A stretch of DNA of 63,404 nucleotides, counting the filler, from Squatina squatina (taxonomy: Eukaryota): the NCBI GenBank assembly GCA_031763465.1. It is 4 parts of 4 records of this genome, joined end to end, with 100 filler letters (N's around TTAATTAATTAA, not from the genome) between each part and the next. Parts side by side here need not be neighbours in the genome. Positions count along the whole stretch, not along the records: positions 33,475 to 49,487 come from JARFOE010000162.1; positions 49,588 to 63,404 come from JARFOE010000176.1; 2 more parts are not named here. One strand, 5' to 3'. The translations under genes and the position numbers were made by a program. This document shows positions 48,997 to 62,504 of the stretch, in pieces (position 1 is the stretch's first letter; each line of letters begins with the position of its first letter). The notes under the pieces were generated by a model. It did not search any database. It was given only the letters and a program-made list of their open reading frames with translations, and had not been told where the DNA came from.

Positions 48997-49325
48997 ATGA
49001 ACTCTGCCAACTCCTACAGCCTGACCTTCAGCCTCACAACAGGGCTTCTACTGCTCTCAGTGGCAATTAAACTCACAGTGGCACTCAACTTTTATGCCAA
49101 TGGCACCTTTCAAGGAGTGAGGGCTGACATCTGCAGTCTCCCTCATTTCTTGCTCAGAATCAGCAGGATCAGCAAGATGGCGGCGCCCAAGATGACTTGT
49201 CTTCAGAGGAGGAAGAGTTCCAAGCCCCTCATTGGCCTCAAGGAGGTCGAGGAAGGTGTCGTTGGATATACCTTGATCTGTAGGCGCGGCTACAACTCAT
49301 CCGCGAGAAATTCACATGGACTCCC
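48997..49325 (+). mobile_element. Internally deleted PIF/Harbinger (HARBI1-like) transposase relic
   Basis: LSVAIKLTVALNFYANGTFQGVRADIC (HTH region) is joined to an acidic C-terminal tail DDLSSEEEEF...*ARLQLIREKFT in another frame. The DDE core is absent. Confidence 0.7.
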
Positions 49326-49487
49326 CTCTCACATAACATTACATGAATCACAATCGCCCCCTCATTTTATTATCTGCACTGATCCAGCACAACACATTAA
49401 ACAGAGATGAAATTACACCTTTCTTCACAGAAACAAAATTTAATCACATAAACTTTCACTTCAGTTTTATTAATCAACCCCCTTCCG

Positions 49488-49587
49488 NNNNNNNNNNNNN
49501 NNNNNNNNNNNNNNNNNNNNNNNNNNNNNNNTTAATTAATTAANNNNNNNNNNNNNNNNNNNNNNNNNNNNNNNNNNNNNNNNNNNN
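49488..49587. other. Artificial scaffold linker (TTAATTAATTAA at 49532-49543)
   Basis: Same construct as at 15887. Confidence 0.97.
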
Positions 49588-50350
49588 TGAGGGAGCAGTG
49601 CATATAAGGTTGTGCTGATGGAATAGGCTCGAGTGGAGCATAAACACAGGCATGGACTGGTTGGGCTGAATGCCCTGTTTCTGTACTGTATATTTTTTTA
49701 AAAAAAAAAGTATGACTGTGGTGTTCCATGAGGACTACATAACCCTCTTGCCCTTTCAGCTTGTTGTGTTCTAAAGATACAGAATGATTTGTTTTCCCGT
49801 GAGCCACAGCCAAAATTATTTATTCTGTTTTCACCCCTTTCTGTAGTGGAATTGATGAATACTCCAGCAGTGGATACGAAGAAAAATAAACCGTTACTTC
49901 TGCATGGTACAATGGGACGTAGTTTGGTGTTTTGGAATTCTGGGATCGGCAAATTATGCTGAAGTATAGGTTAAGTGGATTTTAGTTTACACAGCAAGTA
50001 TCTGCTGTAATTGTACAACTGAATAGTTGCTTTCCTATGAAAGCTACCAAGGGACTTTTCAGAGTAATTGGCTAAACATACTGGTTGGGTGCAGGGACAG
50101 CTCTGAGTAAAATGACTACTCGCAGTCTGATCCTCTGGTCGATTTAATATCCTTTTGTCGAAGTACAAGTTAAGTGGATGTTCCAAGCCAACAACCCTAT
50201 AAAACTAGATGTCCCTATCTCACTGCACCTTGGTGTGATGCCAAACAAGATGAATTCCCCAGTTCTTAAAACTACATCAGTCAGCTGAAAAATACTTGCC
50301 CCTGGCTGATATAGAGATTCCCTGTATTTTGCCTGAAATAATGTGATGCC

Positions 50351-50560
50351 TTAAATGCTGAGAGGCGTTCTTGGAACTACAGACAGTGCAGTGAGGCCAA
50401 ATGACTGTGGCTGCAGGTCCTCAAGCTGTAACTGGCTCAGCTTCCCTATTATATCTTTGGTGACGTGTAGTATTCTCATACAAATCTCTTCACTGGCTTT
50501 TATAAGGCCTATATTTTCTTTAGGGGTAGGTGATATCTTGTGGGGTACTTTCTGCTTAAG
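50351..50560 (-). mobile_element. PIF/Harbinger transposase relic
   Basis: SEEICMRILHVTKDIIGKLSQLQLEDLQPQSFGLTALSV resembles 'SEEQC.RRLRFTKE...ICQLL..DLQPQ...TALPV'. Confidence 0.6.
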
Positions 50561-52675
50561 TGCTGCCTCACTCTCCATTTGATAACTTTGCCATACAAAG
50601 AGGTCTATACGTGGACATTGTTGGGACGATGACCCTAACTGCTTTGGAGGCACATGGACATGGAAGAGAGCATCTGGATGACCGTCATTTGGAGGACTTC
50701 TCAGTAGCTGCTGCAAACACAACTAATGACTGAAGTCTTTTGTTTAACGTAGTTTATTGTTGTCACCACGACCGTTACTCCTCGGTCACCTAAACTCGGT
50801 CACAATAAAGGACTGATCTTCTGTCCTCATCTTCCTTCATGATTATGCCATACAAAGGTACGCCCATAGGGAATGCTATTCCTGCTCCTATGGTTGGGGG
50901 AAGAGGTGAAATCTCCAGGTGGTCTCACTCCCAGTCAGAAGCGTGTCCAAGTGTGTCTATGTTCAATGAAACAAATCACTCTAAAAAGTAATTTCCAGCT
51001 GCAATAATCTCTGCCGAAACTTTCAGCTCAATAACTCCTCTCTTGCTCCAGTTTCCGCTGATCCTTTTTTTTTCTCGTTCTGACTTGCTCCAGAGCCTTG
51101 CGAGTATAAGTCAAGGTAACTTGGTGGTGTTGCTCCACAGGTCCTCATTTAAATGAGGTGTTGGGGTCTCAATGAACAGTTCTCAGGAAGGGCCAAATTG
51201 CATTAATAAATTCTGGGGGATCGATTTTGAAGCAGAAAACAGGCTGAAACAGTTTCTGCCCTAACTTAATGGACAGGAAAACTGATTTCCCCAATTTTAC
51301 ACTGTAAAACACTGAAAACCGTGTGGAATTTTGAGGCCCATATGTTCATGACAGTTCTTTAATTAGCATAGTCTGGAAGCCTGTGTTCTTGATGGAAGCA
51401 GATGCTTTGCTTCATTCACAGCATGCATAAGAGGTTCCCGTAAGCTAGGGAAATTACATTTGTCTTTTTACTGCCTGTGACTGTTCCACTCCCCACCCCC
51501 AAAAAATGCAGTGATTACAGATCAATCATAAAGGTAAAAGAACAGTTTTTTCAAAAAAAGACACATACAAAATGGGCTTCCTGTCACACATGTTGACTAT
51601 TCCTGAACAACTCGGTAATGGGCATAGACCTAGAAGCCTCATACTTTCAAATAAAGGGCTAACGTTGACGTAAAACTTCTGAGTTTTCATATCCATGGAA
51701 CAAATTATCAGCGTAAGGTGCCTTTTTTTTAAGATATCGCCACCCAATATCTTCAAANNNNNNNNNNNNNNNNNNNNNNNNNNNNNNNNNNNNNNNNNNN
51801 NNNNNNNNNNNNNNNNNNNNNNNNNNNNNNNNNNNNNNNNNNNNNNNNNNNNNNNNNGGCCTCTACCATTTTATGAAAGCACTGATCATAATTATTCTTT
51901 CACTGATTTCTTGCTGCTTCCACCTTAAAATTGCACTCAGCATAACCAAAAGTGGGTGACAGCAAGAAAACAAACAATTTTAAAAATTACTTTCTTAAAA
52001 TATTATTTATCATAGAGAGAACACATAGCTAGCTGTGAGTTGTGTAGACATTCATAAGTTGCTCAAGCTTTTCTCATTAAGTTCATGTCCGTATGATAAC
52101 CCAAGTTAAAGCCTGGTAGTGCACTGGCAGCTATCTATTATCCTGTACTCATAATTTACCTGCTGTGCGTATTATTTTCTTTGTCCACACCCTAAGCCAA
52201 ACTTACTTGTTGATTTGTAATCAAGTTTGAGATTAACTGTCAGGAGTAACATTTTCCTTTTAATGCTCGACTTTTTTTTATTGGGACTCCACTGCTTGTG
52301 ACCTTCAAAAAAGTAATTGCATGTGGTCTTTTAAAACCTGACTGATCTAAGACATTATGGCAAACATTTCAGCTTCAATAAAATATGATTTTCCTATCTC
52401 AGAATGAGAGCATCGCTCAAAGTAGTGCAGTTGCTTGTGATTAATTTATGTGGAACGGTTTATGGAGGGGAGTAGGTTAGCATGGCATGAATTAAGTGAA
52501 GCAATATTTCCGAAGGGATTTGGCAAACCAACTGTGGCATAAGGTTTTGTAACTGGAGTCATTAGCATGGTATGTAGTATCTGTAAGCACTGCTTTGAAA
52601 GCTGGAAATAAAATATGTAATTGCACAGAAGCTCTGCATTTATAAAATCCCATTATTTTAATTCTACAAACCTAC

Positions 52676-53510
52676 CATCTAGCTCTTCAGTCACTGGTGA
52701 TTCAGTAATGCCAGCAGTTGTCGGAGAAGGTTCATGCGGGGGGGCTCCTGAGCGAAGCCCTCGTTCTCGTGCAAATGCAGGATTTTGATCCCTCTGTATT
52801 TCATTACTGCCAAACAAATTGCTCTGGTATTGCCTGCTGCGAGGTATGGACTGTGGTACTACTTGTACAAGAGGCGGTGGTTCATAGTCCCTTGGAGTAA
52901 GACTACGTATGCATTCCTGCTCTAGTTTGGTTATGATCACAGACTGATTATTAACCAGAGCTGACAGTACTGCGTACTTCTGTTCCAGTTGTCTGTATCT
53001 GGTGGCCATTTGCAGAATCTCAGCTGTGGAATTAAGAACTTTGTTCTCCAGCTGTGAGATTTCCAGTGAGTTGTCCCTTTTGCGAATAATCTCATGTAGG
53101 AGCTGCATATAAAGCTGTGTTACACGTGAGTTCATATTGCGACTCTCCTTTCGTAGCAGTTTTACCTCATTCACTATGCCTCCGTCCACCTCCACTAACA
53201 GCTGANNNNNNNNNNNNNNNNNNNNNNNNNNNNNNNNNNNNNNNNNNNNNNNNNNNNNNNNNNNNNNNNNNNNNNNNNNNNNNNNNNNNNNNNNNNNNNN
53301 NNNNNNNNNNNNNNNNNNNNNNNNNNNNNNNNNNNNNNNNNNNNNNNNNNNNNNNNNNNNNNNNNNNNNNNNNNNNNNNNNNNNNNNNNNNNNNNNNNNN
53401 NNNNCAGTATGTGCTGCAATGTTGCTTCTAGCATGAAGTTGTTGTCTCTTGCCTCCTGCAGACATGAGACTAATTAATAGCAGACACAAAGTCCAGGTGA
53501 GTGAGTTCAT
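52676..53510 (-). CDS. ANGPTL1: First coding exon of angiopoietin-related protein 1 (signal peptide and coiled coil), with an internal N gap
   Basis: ATG at 53510 (MNSLTWTLCLLLI). Contains VDGGIVNEVKLLRKESRNMNSRVTQLYMQLLHEIIRKRDNSLEISQLENK...VNNQSVII...PPLVQVVPQ...NEIQRD. Acceptor gttttacag| precedes 53561 and donor GATG|gtaggt follows 52676. Confidence 0.93.
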
Positions 53511-54520
53511 GTTGGCTTGGAGAAAGCTAACAGGAAATCTCTGGTCTCCAAGGAGATTATTCTGTAAAACAAGACTGGTATTAGATATGTTCAGTATACT
53601 GCCATGCAAATAAAATAGAGCTGTCAAACAATTTTAAAAGTTAATTGTGAGTAATTTTGCATTTAATAATTTTACTGTTAATCATGGTTTTAACCGCATA
53701 TTTAATTGATACAATAACTGCAATCCTCTCCAAGTTCAATTTATACACAATTTTATACACATTTATAAAAGTTGGAATAGAACCCCCTTAACTTCATGCA
53801 ATATTACTGTCAACTGTTAGTACATTAAGAAATGGGTGGGAAAAGGATTGTATTTTAATCATGTGAAGTAATTTCTCTTTTAGAACTTGTAGCCCCATGT
53901 GACCTGGTGTTTCCTCATTTCTAATTTTGGAATTTCTGCAATTTAGCTTTTTTTGAAGTTCACATACAATTCTCAGTCTGAGATGCGCCAGCGTGGCTAA
54001 TCTCTGTTCCATCCATGACAGATCATTCTCAAAGTTGCTTCCATTCAGGTCCAGGTTTGCATTTAGGCGATTGGAATTCAGAACATCTAAATTGCACAAA
54101 ATATTTAGCATTAGAATTGTGAAAGCTCCCAAGTGCATGGAAGTGTACAAGTTCTAAACGAACAATTATACTGAAAGTACAAACCTTGGCCAACTGATTT
54201 TGTTCATATTTTCCAAAATGTACAAATTGCCTAGTTTTGCTATTTTCAAATCAGCTTGGTGATGTGGAAGCTCAGAAGTGTTAAATCTCTTCTGCAAAAG
54301 ACAAAACAAACCGAGGTTAGAAATGGCAAACATTCAGAGCTCTTTGAGAGGACACTTTCCCATTCCTAGAAGGAGAGTTAGAAGAAGTAGGATTTGTGTT
54401 GCCTATGGACACACTGTGGAGGGTAGTACTTGATGGGTTGGTGTATTCTGCCATACTGCCTCACTCTTCTCACCTCCACGTGCTGCTTGTCCTCCTCCGC
54501 CATTAGGTTGGCATAGAACG

Positions 54521-54879
54521 AAAGACTTGCATTATCTCACACCTTTCAGAACCTCAGGCCATCCAAATGCACTTTACAGGCAATGACGCACTTTTTCAAG
54601 TGTAGTTAATGTAGGAAACGTGACAGCCAATTTGCGAACAGTAAGGTCCCACAGGCAGTAATGTGACAATGACCACATCATTTGTTTCTAGGTGTTGGTT
54701 GGGGAATTAAAATTGGCCAGGATACCAGGGTAACCTCCCCTGCCCTTCTTGGCAATACTGCCGTGTGATCATTTACATCCACCTGAAAGGTCAGATGGGA
54801 CCTTGGTTTAACATCTCATCCGAAAGATGAAACCTCCAACAGTGCAGTGCTCCCTCAGTACTGCCCTGGGAGTTGAACC
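54521..54879 (-). mobile_element. DeuSINE/SacSINE1-like SINE
   Basis: Reverse complement of the 58511-58960 element (aaagacttgc...ggtttaacatctcatccgaaagatg...tccctcagtactg). Confidence 0.8.
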
Positions 54880-57070
54880 NNNNNNNNNNNNNNNNNNNNN
54901 NNNNNNNNNNNNNNNNNNNNNNNNNNNNNNNNNNNNNNNNNNNNNNNNNNNNNNNNNNNNNNNNNNNNNNNNNNNNNNNCTTGCTTTGTCCTTTCTTTTC
55001 AAAGTAATAAAATAAGCTTCGCAATACGTTTTGCTACTTGCTTTGTCCTGAGTTGATTAAGCAATGTATTTTTCACAAGCAAAACTGAATGAAATATTGG
55101 TGATTCTGGAAATGATCAATGCACCCACCGCTGACGTAACTGTTCAGTGCTCACAATACATGAGTATTACTCACCCATTGTTAATTCAGATGAACTACTG
55201 ATATTGTGCTACTTATTCCAATGGAGACATATCAAGCTTCAATCCAGTTCATATGCAACTCAGCTGTCAGTGCTAAGTTTTTCCTGTTCCTGACTGAGTT
55301 CTTAATGTACTTTTTTTTGGAGCGGGTAAAGGGATGAGTAAAAAGGAGATTGTGGAAGATTGGAACCACCTTCCAGAAGCGCATTTTCTGCAAACAGATC
55401 CTGCAATTACATTACTCACTGTTTTGAGAACAAATGCTGGCAAGGCTAGTCTTATCTCATAAAAAACATGCCTCCTTTTGGCGAGTATTGAGACGATAGT
55501 GATGCAGGCCATTGCCAAGATATTCAATCACATTGGTGTTCAAACTGAGGGTGTATAATTGTTAAATAATTATTCATATATAACCACTGAAATAATTTGA
55601 CATTACTTAAAAGATACATTTCAAAATGTACAAGATTATTTTGGATACTTGAATGGCATTGCTGAATGACACTGCCCGTGTTCTGTAATTTGACATGAAA
55701 TGAAAATGGTACTATCTGCAGGAGAAGACACCATGTCATGTAAACACTATTTAAACTAAAACAGCCAATTGAGCTAATGCTTCAATAATTAAAGCAGCCG
55801 AGGTACAACTTCAGCATTCTTATGTTCCCATGACACTCTACAACGACCTGCAAAACAGACCAACTGGCTGCAATTTGAGCTGTAATTTGATTTAACATTC
55901 AAAACGTTGGCATTGAACCAAAGAATAGAACATTGATCTTGATGTGGGCTGAGGAAACTCATTTTGTTGCTCAAGCAGTAGGAAGGTTTATTATCCTGTT
56001 AGCTAAAGCAGTTCTGGCTGGCAATTTTCTTCAGTCCAAGAAATGTGATATGTAAAATTTGCAACAATATACAACGTGGAGTTCCTTTTTACTGACACAA
56101 TTATGTTGAACATGAGAAGAATGAAAAGCTTCTGAAGACTAAGTGCATATGTTATCAGCATTAAATAAGGTTAGACTGAAAACATAACATGGGGATTTAA
56201 AGCTTCAGGGCAATAACTTCCTCAGATCATTTTTTTGAATCAAATACTGCTTCCCATGAATCCTGCAGGATGTCCCAAAGTGTAAAGTAATCGACTTTTT
56301 TCTAACCACTTCATGTTTAATCAAAATATCATGTTTCAAAAACCGCCAAATAATGTGAATGTTATCCCTTTATTGCCTTGTGTTTTTTACAATCAGAAAG
56401 CTACTCTAAAGAAATACTGTGATGAGCGAGAACATACACTGGACTAATTACTGTCATTAGCAAAGTGGTAGGATTGCATTATTGCTTCGTGTTACACTTC
56501 ACTTTATGTGCAATAAAGTGAAACTCGAGCTGGAGGAACAAAATCAGTCACGTTTTAGTTCAAAAAGAAAGCTCAGCGAGCCCAAAAGTTCTACTTAATC
56601 TTCATGCATAATACAAACCTGATTCCTTTCCTGTGTGCGTGTTGCAGTAAAGTTCCAGAGTCAGATAAAAAGTTTCCAAGTATTTGTACTGTTGTTTGTG
56701 GTGATGTGACATGGATTTCTGAAGCAATAAACGGACTCATGANNNNNNNNNNNNNNNNNNNNNNNNNNNNNNNNNNNNNNNNNNNNNNNNNNNNNNNNNN
56801 NNNNNNNNNNNNNNNNNNNNNNNNNNNNNNNNNNNNNNNNNNACACACCACCTATTGGCAAGTCAGACTCTTAATCCCACCTCACATGCTACTTGTGTAA
56901 CCAGCATCTGGGAATGGCTTTATCTCCTCTTTGGGGAACCATTCTCCACTGCATTTCTCCGCAGTGGAATGGATAAGATTGCAAATTGCTGACGTGAACC
57001 CATGTCCCATTGTGCCATGAGCTACCAGCAGTAACTTTCAGAATTATTTTATGAAGTTTGTTGACCAACA

Positions 57071-57425
57071 TGGGTCTGGTAGTGCCGTGGTTATGGAACT
57101 GAACTGGTAGCCCAGTCATGTGTTCAGGTTCCAACATGGCTAGTTGTGGAAGTAAATGAGGTAATGGCACCAGAAAAAAAATTACTGCAAAACCTGTCAG
57201 ATTGTTTTAACAGCCACACTAGTTCGCTCGTGTCCTTCCTTCAGAGAAATGAACTTGGTATGCCTACCCAGTCACGCTACTTGTTTGGCACTTCATGTCC
57301 TCTGAAGTAGCCAAGCAAGCTACTCAGTTGTACAAACGATTGCTTCCAGAAGGCTGCCCACCATCACCTTGGGACAACTCTGGATGGGAAATAAATGTGG
57401 TCACACCAGCCTCTCCCATATCTTA
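57071..57425 (+). mobile_element. Degraded tRNA-derived SINE of a second family
   Basis: Head gtagtgccgtggttatg...gttcaggttcc. Tail ccaccatcaccttgggacaactctggatgggaaataaatg. Confidence 0.45.
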
Positions 57426-57700
57426 AAAAAAAATTGATTCAATGGGTCAATAGAACTTTACCTATTTTGGTAAAAGGTTTGACTTCATGCTACAAGCTGC
57501 TGGGTGCAAGCATTTGTGTGTTGAAAAATAGATTCTGAATAAGGCTTACAATGTATAGTGATGTCCACAAGTCCATTTTGAAGTGTAATGTTTTAATTGG
57601 TGTGTGAATCATTTCCCCAAATCTTTCAATACTTCATTTTTTTTTGAGGCTTGCACAATTTTCAGTTCATGATTATGGTTTTTACCTTCGTGTTTTACAG

Positions 57701-57838
57701 GCATTTATTTGTCCGACTTGACGTACATTGACTCAGCGTATCCATCCACACACAGTATCATTGAGAGCGAACAAAGATCGAACCTAATGAATAATATTTT
57801 GAGAATTATTTCAGATCTTCAGCAGTCCTGTGATTATG
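57701..57838 (+). CDS. RALGPS2: RALGPS2 exon (RasGEF domain), not in the ORF track
   Basis: tgttttacag|GC ATT TAT...[47 protein letters not shown]|gtgagt. Confidence 0.94.
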
Positions 57839-57940
57839 GTGAGTTTCATGAGCATATTCCTCCATTGATTAATTTTAATTCCTAACTAGATAAGGTTTGA
57901 TTTTTTTTCCCCCCTCTTTGATGCATTTTGTTTATTTTAG

Positions 57941-58031
57941 ATATCCCTCTGCTGCCTCATGTTCAGAAATACCTGAATTCAGTGAGATATATTGAAGAAC
58001 TTCAGAAATTTGTTGAAGATGACAATTACAA
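57941..58031 (+). CDS. RALGPS2: RALGPS2 next exon
   Basis: tttattttag|AT...(D)[29 protein letters not shown](K) AA|gtaggt. Phase-compatible with both neighbours. Confidence 0.94.
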
Positions 58032-58510
58032 GTAGGTTTCCTTATATCTAAGCTTTTACCATAAGTTCTTACTACAATTACATGTGATGGTGTTTCTCGT
58101 GTTAAATATGATTTAAATCTTTTCACACAAAACAAAATTTTTATTCCATTTAAAACAAACCTTCCTGACGCTACCCTGTAGTTTTCTGTGAAAGTCTTTA
58201 ATGCTCAAATTTCTCGAGTAGAGTGCCGCCTCATGTTCAGAAATACCTGAACACCGAAGCATTAAATCCAACTAAAGCAGCCAACATTATCCAATGCTCA
58301 CACTTCCCCTAACTACATTCAAGGCCATTTATCCTCTTAGCAATGTCACGCTCCACAGCTTCCTGGAGCACATTCATTTTTCCTGATACATAAATTTTGC
58401 CACCCTACAGAGAACAAACACCTAGGTGGCAGTGTCTTTGAAAGCTTCATACAATCTAAATGGGATGCTTTTCCATACTTGAGATTTTTTTTCCCTTATC
58501 ATAAACAAGA

Positions 58511-58960
58511 TGTCAGCCTTGGCTCAGTTTGTAGCAATCGCCTCCAAATCAGAAGTTTATGGGTTCAAGGCCCACTCCAGAGACTTGAGCACTTAATCTA
58601 GGCTGACACTTCTGTCCAGTACTGAAGGAATGCTGCAATGTCAGGAATGTCATCTTTAGGATGAGACATTAAACCGAGGTCCCAGCTGCTCTCAGGTGGC
58701 AGTAAAAGATCCCATGGCATTATTCAAAGAAGAACATGGGAATGCTCATGTTGTCCTGCTCAAAATTTATCCTTCAACCAACACCGAAAACAGATGATTT
58801 GGTCATTTATCTTATTGTTGTCTGTGGGAGCTTGCTGTGCGCAAAGTGTCTGCTGAGTTTCCAACATTAAAACATGACTACACTTCAAAAGAATTTCATT
58901 GGCGATAAAGCATTTTGGGACATGCTGAGCTTGTGAAAGATATAAATACATATCTTCCTT
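58511..58960 (+). mobile_element. Full-length DeuSINE/SacSINE1-like SINE
   Basis: A-box-like TGGCTCAGTTTG at ~58520, B-box-like GGTTCAAGGCC at ~58562, central body and L2-like tail. At least six copies or fragments occur in the window. Confidence 0.8.
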
Positions 58961-60762
58961 CCTTTATTTGTTTCTTTGTCTGTCCTCACAGGAAAAGGTT
59001 TCTGTTGTCATTTGTACTTGAGAACCCCTTCAGAAGATTTTTTTTCTGATCAAATTTCATTCAGGCTCTGGTGATATTATCGACCAGCTTTGAGATTGGC
59101 AATGACTAGTGATTAATGCTCACATATTTTGTTTACATTGTGTAGCAATAGCACACACTAGACAGAAATCTAAACTCTGCTACAGTTGCACTTAATGGAG
59201 TTTAGGCTCATGGAAAGTTGACTTCAGTCATTTCCCACACATTTCCCACAGATGTCTGGAATGGTCACCTGACTCAAGAAATTCCTCTCTGAACCTAACT
59301 GAAGAAAGGCTTTGCATCCATCACCTCAGACCAGCAAGATCTTTGTTGGGATAAGGCAGGATTGGTACAATTTGCTAAGGCAATGACATTTTTTAGTAGC
59401 CAAAATAAATGGGATCTTTGCTTCGACCCAAGACAAATTCTCAGAGTACATCCATAACCTTTTGATAAATACTATTATTGTATCATCGCCCAGCTGAGTT
59501 GGAACATCCCTGAGAATTGTGACACAAAAAGAAGATTGTGTCTTGGACTTAGTAGATTTGTCTTCGTTCAATTTTTTGGAAGTTCTGATCTACTTTCCTC
59601 CTCCAATCTACATTGGACCTTCACCAGAATGGGGTTGGGAAAATTCAGGTTTGTTTAATTTTCATCTGACCCAATCTCAACAAACTATGAACTCTGAGGT
59701 AAAACTTATTGGTATCCACATTTAGGACATTTGGAAAATCAAACTGTGTCAAATAAGTAATGTTCACCTGAATCCTGTGTTTGACATCTTGTCACATCCA
59801 CTTTAACCTTTAATACCTTGTGCCAAATTTAATCCATCGAAGACTTGTGTTTGCTCTTACCTGAACTTGGAGAGTTGCATAACTATTTGATGGTAGCTGC
59901 ACCCTATCTCATTTCTTCCAAAAGCAAAACATGTGTTTCTTTTGTCCCAGCAAATAATAGTGCAGCAAGTCTTCAACCATTGATTGTTGCATTGTAACCA
60001 AGTGCAGAGCTTCAGTGTTCTGTAGAACAAAAGACACTTCTTTGTCCTCGTAATGTTCATTCCCGTAGGAAACAGCACCCCTCACTATGCAGTGAATTGT
60101 AAATTGGGTTATGCAGTTTATTTCCTTTGCAGTTTAGGAGCACCTGGCAAATGTTGGAACCAATTCCACTTCGTTCANNNNNNNNNNNNNNNNNNNNNNN
60201 NNNNNNNNNNNNNNNNNNNNNNNNNNNNNNNNNNNNNNNNNNNNNNNNNNNNNNNNNNNNNNNNNNNNNNNNNNNNNCTCCATTTCCCCTATAAGAAAAG
60301 TGGGTTTGGTAAGTCACAAGCCACAAGCTTAAACATGATGAATACACTGGAATCAGCTCATTGCAGTAGTATGTTCAATTCTTACTTTACCTCTCTAGGT
60401 TTTAATTTATTTTCTTTGCACTGAGGTAAATTTATTTCTTGCCAAAATTATAATAATTGGAAGTTTTGCAGTGTAACAGCATTATCCATCTGTATGTAAT
60501 GTGAGTTATTGATATCCTTGGTAAATGACATCCGAGTCCTGCCCTCAGGACAGATCTTCACCTGTGCTTCTGTGCCATTGTTCATAATAGTTGTAAAAAT
60601 ATACTGAAAATGCTGCATACCTGTTGGACGTTGAGACTGCACACTGGCATCTAAAAGTAGCAGTAGTCAAATTATAGATGAGTAATCGATAGAAGCCACA
60701 TCTTTAAATTTTTGCTTCCATTTTCTTCCCATTACCTTACCCATCACACCTTTGTCCAACAG

Positions 60763-60830
60763 ACTCTCATTAAGAATTGAGCCTGGCACCAGCACACCAC
60801 AGTCCACTGCCTCAAGGGAGGATCTTGCAG
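60763..60830 (+). CDS. RALGPS2: RALGPS2 third exon in the window
   Basis: tttgtccaacag|A CTC TCA...LSLRIEPGTSTPQSTASREDLA G|gtaagt matches recalled human LSLKIEPGTSTPRSAASREDLV. Confidence 0.93.
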
Positions 60831-62504
60831 GTAAGTGAATTGTTGTGCTAAATAACTTGGCCTTTTCAGCACGTTGTATCTGGTGTAATAAAGCCTCTAA
60901 TAGTAGATAGTTAATTTAAGATTCCAAGGCTGTTTACAGCATTGTGCCAGAATAAGACCAAACGTTAGCCTCCACTGTGCATCTGTAAAACATACAACTA
61001 CAATATAGATAGTGACAGTNNNNNNNNNNNNNNNNNNNNNNNNNNNNNNNNNNNNNNNNNNNNNNNNNNNNNNNNNNNNNNNNNNNNNNNNNNNNNNNNN
61101 NNNNNNNNNNNNNNNNNNNACCTTATTTTCTAATAGAGTTAGATGAGCAAGGATGGGAAGAGGCTCGAGTGGAGCATAAATGCCAGCAATGGGCTGTTTA
61201 GGCCGAATGGCCTGCTTCTGTGTTGTACATTCTATGTAATTTTCCTTTCTCATTATCACACTGAAAAACTAAATTTGAACATCTGTCAGAATTTTGAGTT
61301 TATTTACACCACTTCCGACCAGGACTAACAAACTTTAGACTCCCAGTGACGACAGAATGTTCATGGTGTAGAAAATAATGTGAGAAACCAATTGTGTAAG
61401 GGAAAGGACCAATAATTATAAGCATCTGGAATGTGCCTTTTTACCAAAGCATCTGCAGAGAAGTTTTCGTGTCCACAAGTTCATTTGATCAGCTTTATTC
61501 ATGACCAGAAAGCACAGATTAGTGTGACCGATAACTCAACACTTAAAGTATCAAATAGTTCTGTTGGCAGTTTAAAATGGAAGTCCCAAAAAATTCTGGT
61601 TTATGGATATGCTTAGCTGAATTTTTTTACTTAAATCTGCAGATGGTGTTAACAGAAGTTTTCTGCTGAGCTCAAGTAAGTTCAGGACATGTATTGTTTT
61701 TAAAAATAGAAAATTCTTAGAAAAGCTCATCTTACCTCCTAATTAAAAGTGAACAACTTCTTGGTACAGCAACCAAAATGGGTTGATAATAAATCCCAAC
61801 AGGCCTGAGAATAAAATCGTTGTTCACCAGTGCAAAGCTACAATTGTTGCCGTAGCCTGCATGAAGCGAATTGACTTTTGTAAATATTAAAATGGTAAAA
61901 ATGGGTTCAGAAACCTCCCCAACCAGGATACTGAAAGGTTGTGACACACTGTGACTCGTATTCAGACAAGTTTTCACACTTGAAAACTTTGAATGGAGCA
62001 CATTGTGTTGGTGCCAGATTAACGACCACAGCCCCTTAGGTTCCAGCTGTCCTTATTTATTTGCAGTCTTTACCAAATCAGGTTCCATCACATAGCCACT
62101 GTTGCAGCTTTCCACCTCCAGTTGTATGAAAAGTCAAATCATTGGATGATTGACCATACCAATGTCTGATTAGAATTTTGTTTTGGCCAGCTTAATTCGG
62201 ACCCATTCAAATGAATGGTTTCTGGTGATCATAAATCCTTTTCTTTCAGAATTATTTTTCTGCACTTCAGCTTGCAGAGTTCATGAGATTCATGTTCCAG
62301 TGAGAGACCCACCTTATTTGGTTTGGCATGTGGATAGAGCACTTAATATCAAATCTTGCCTAACATACGTATGAATTTGATTTGTCTCAGGAAATTGTTC
62401 TGTTTAACTTTATTGGCTTATAATTTACAGTAGCAGGGCATCTAACAGCATCTCCTGTTTGTTCGATTTGTCCTTGCACATTTAGGTTTTTGAATTTTTA
62501 GCAT

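Noticed and set aside
58511-58585. tRNA-like A/B boxes
   Set aside because: These are SINE heads continuing into a SINE body; no complete cloverleaf.
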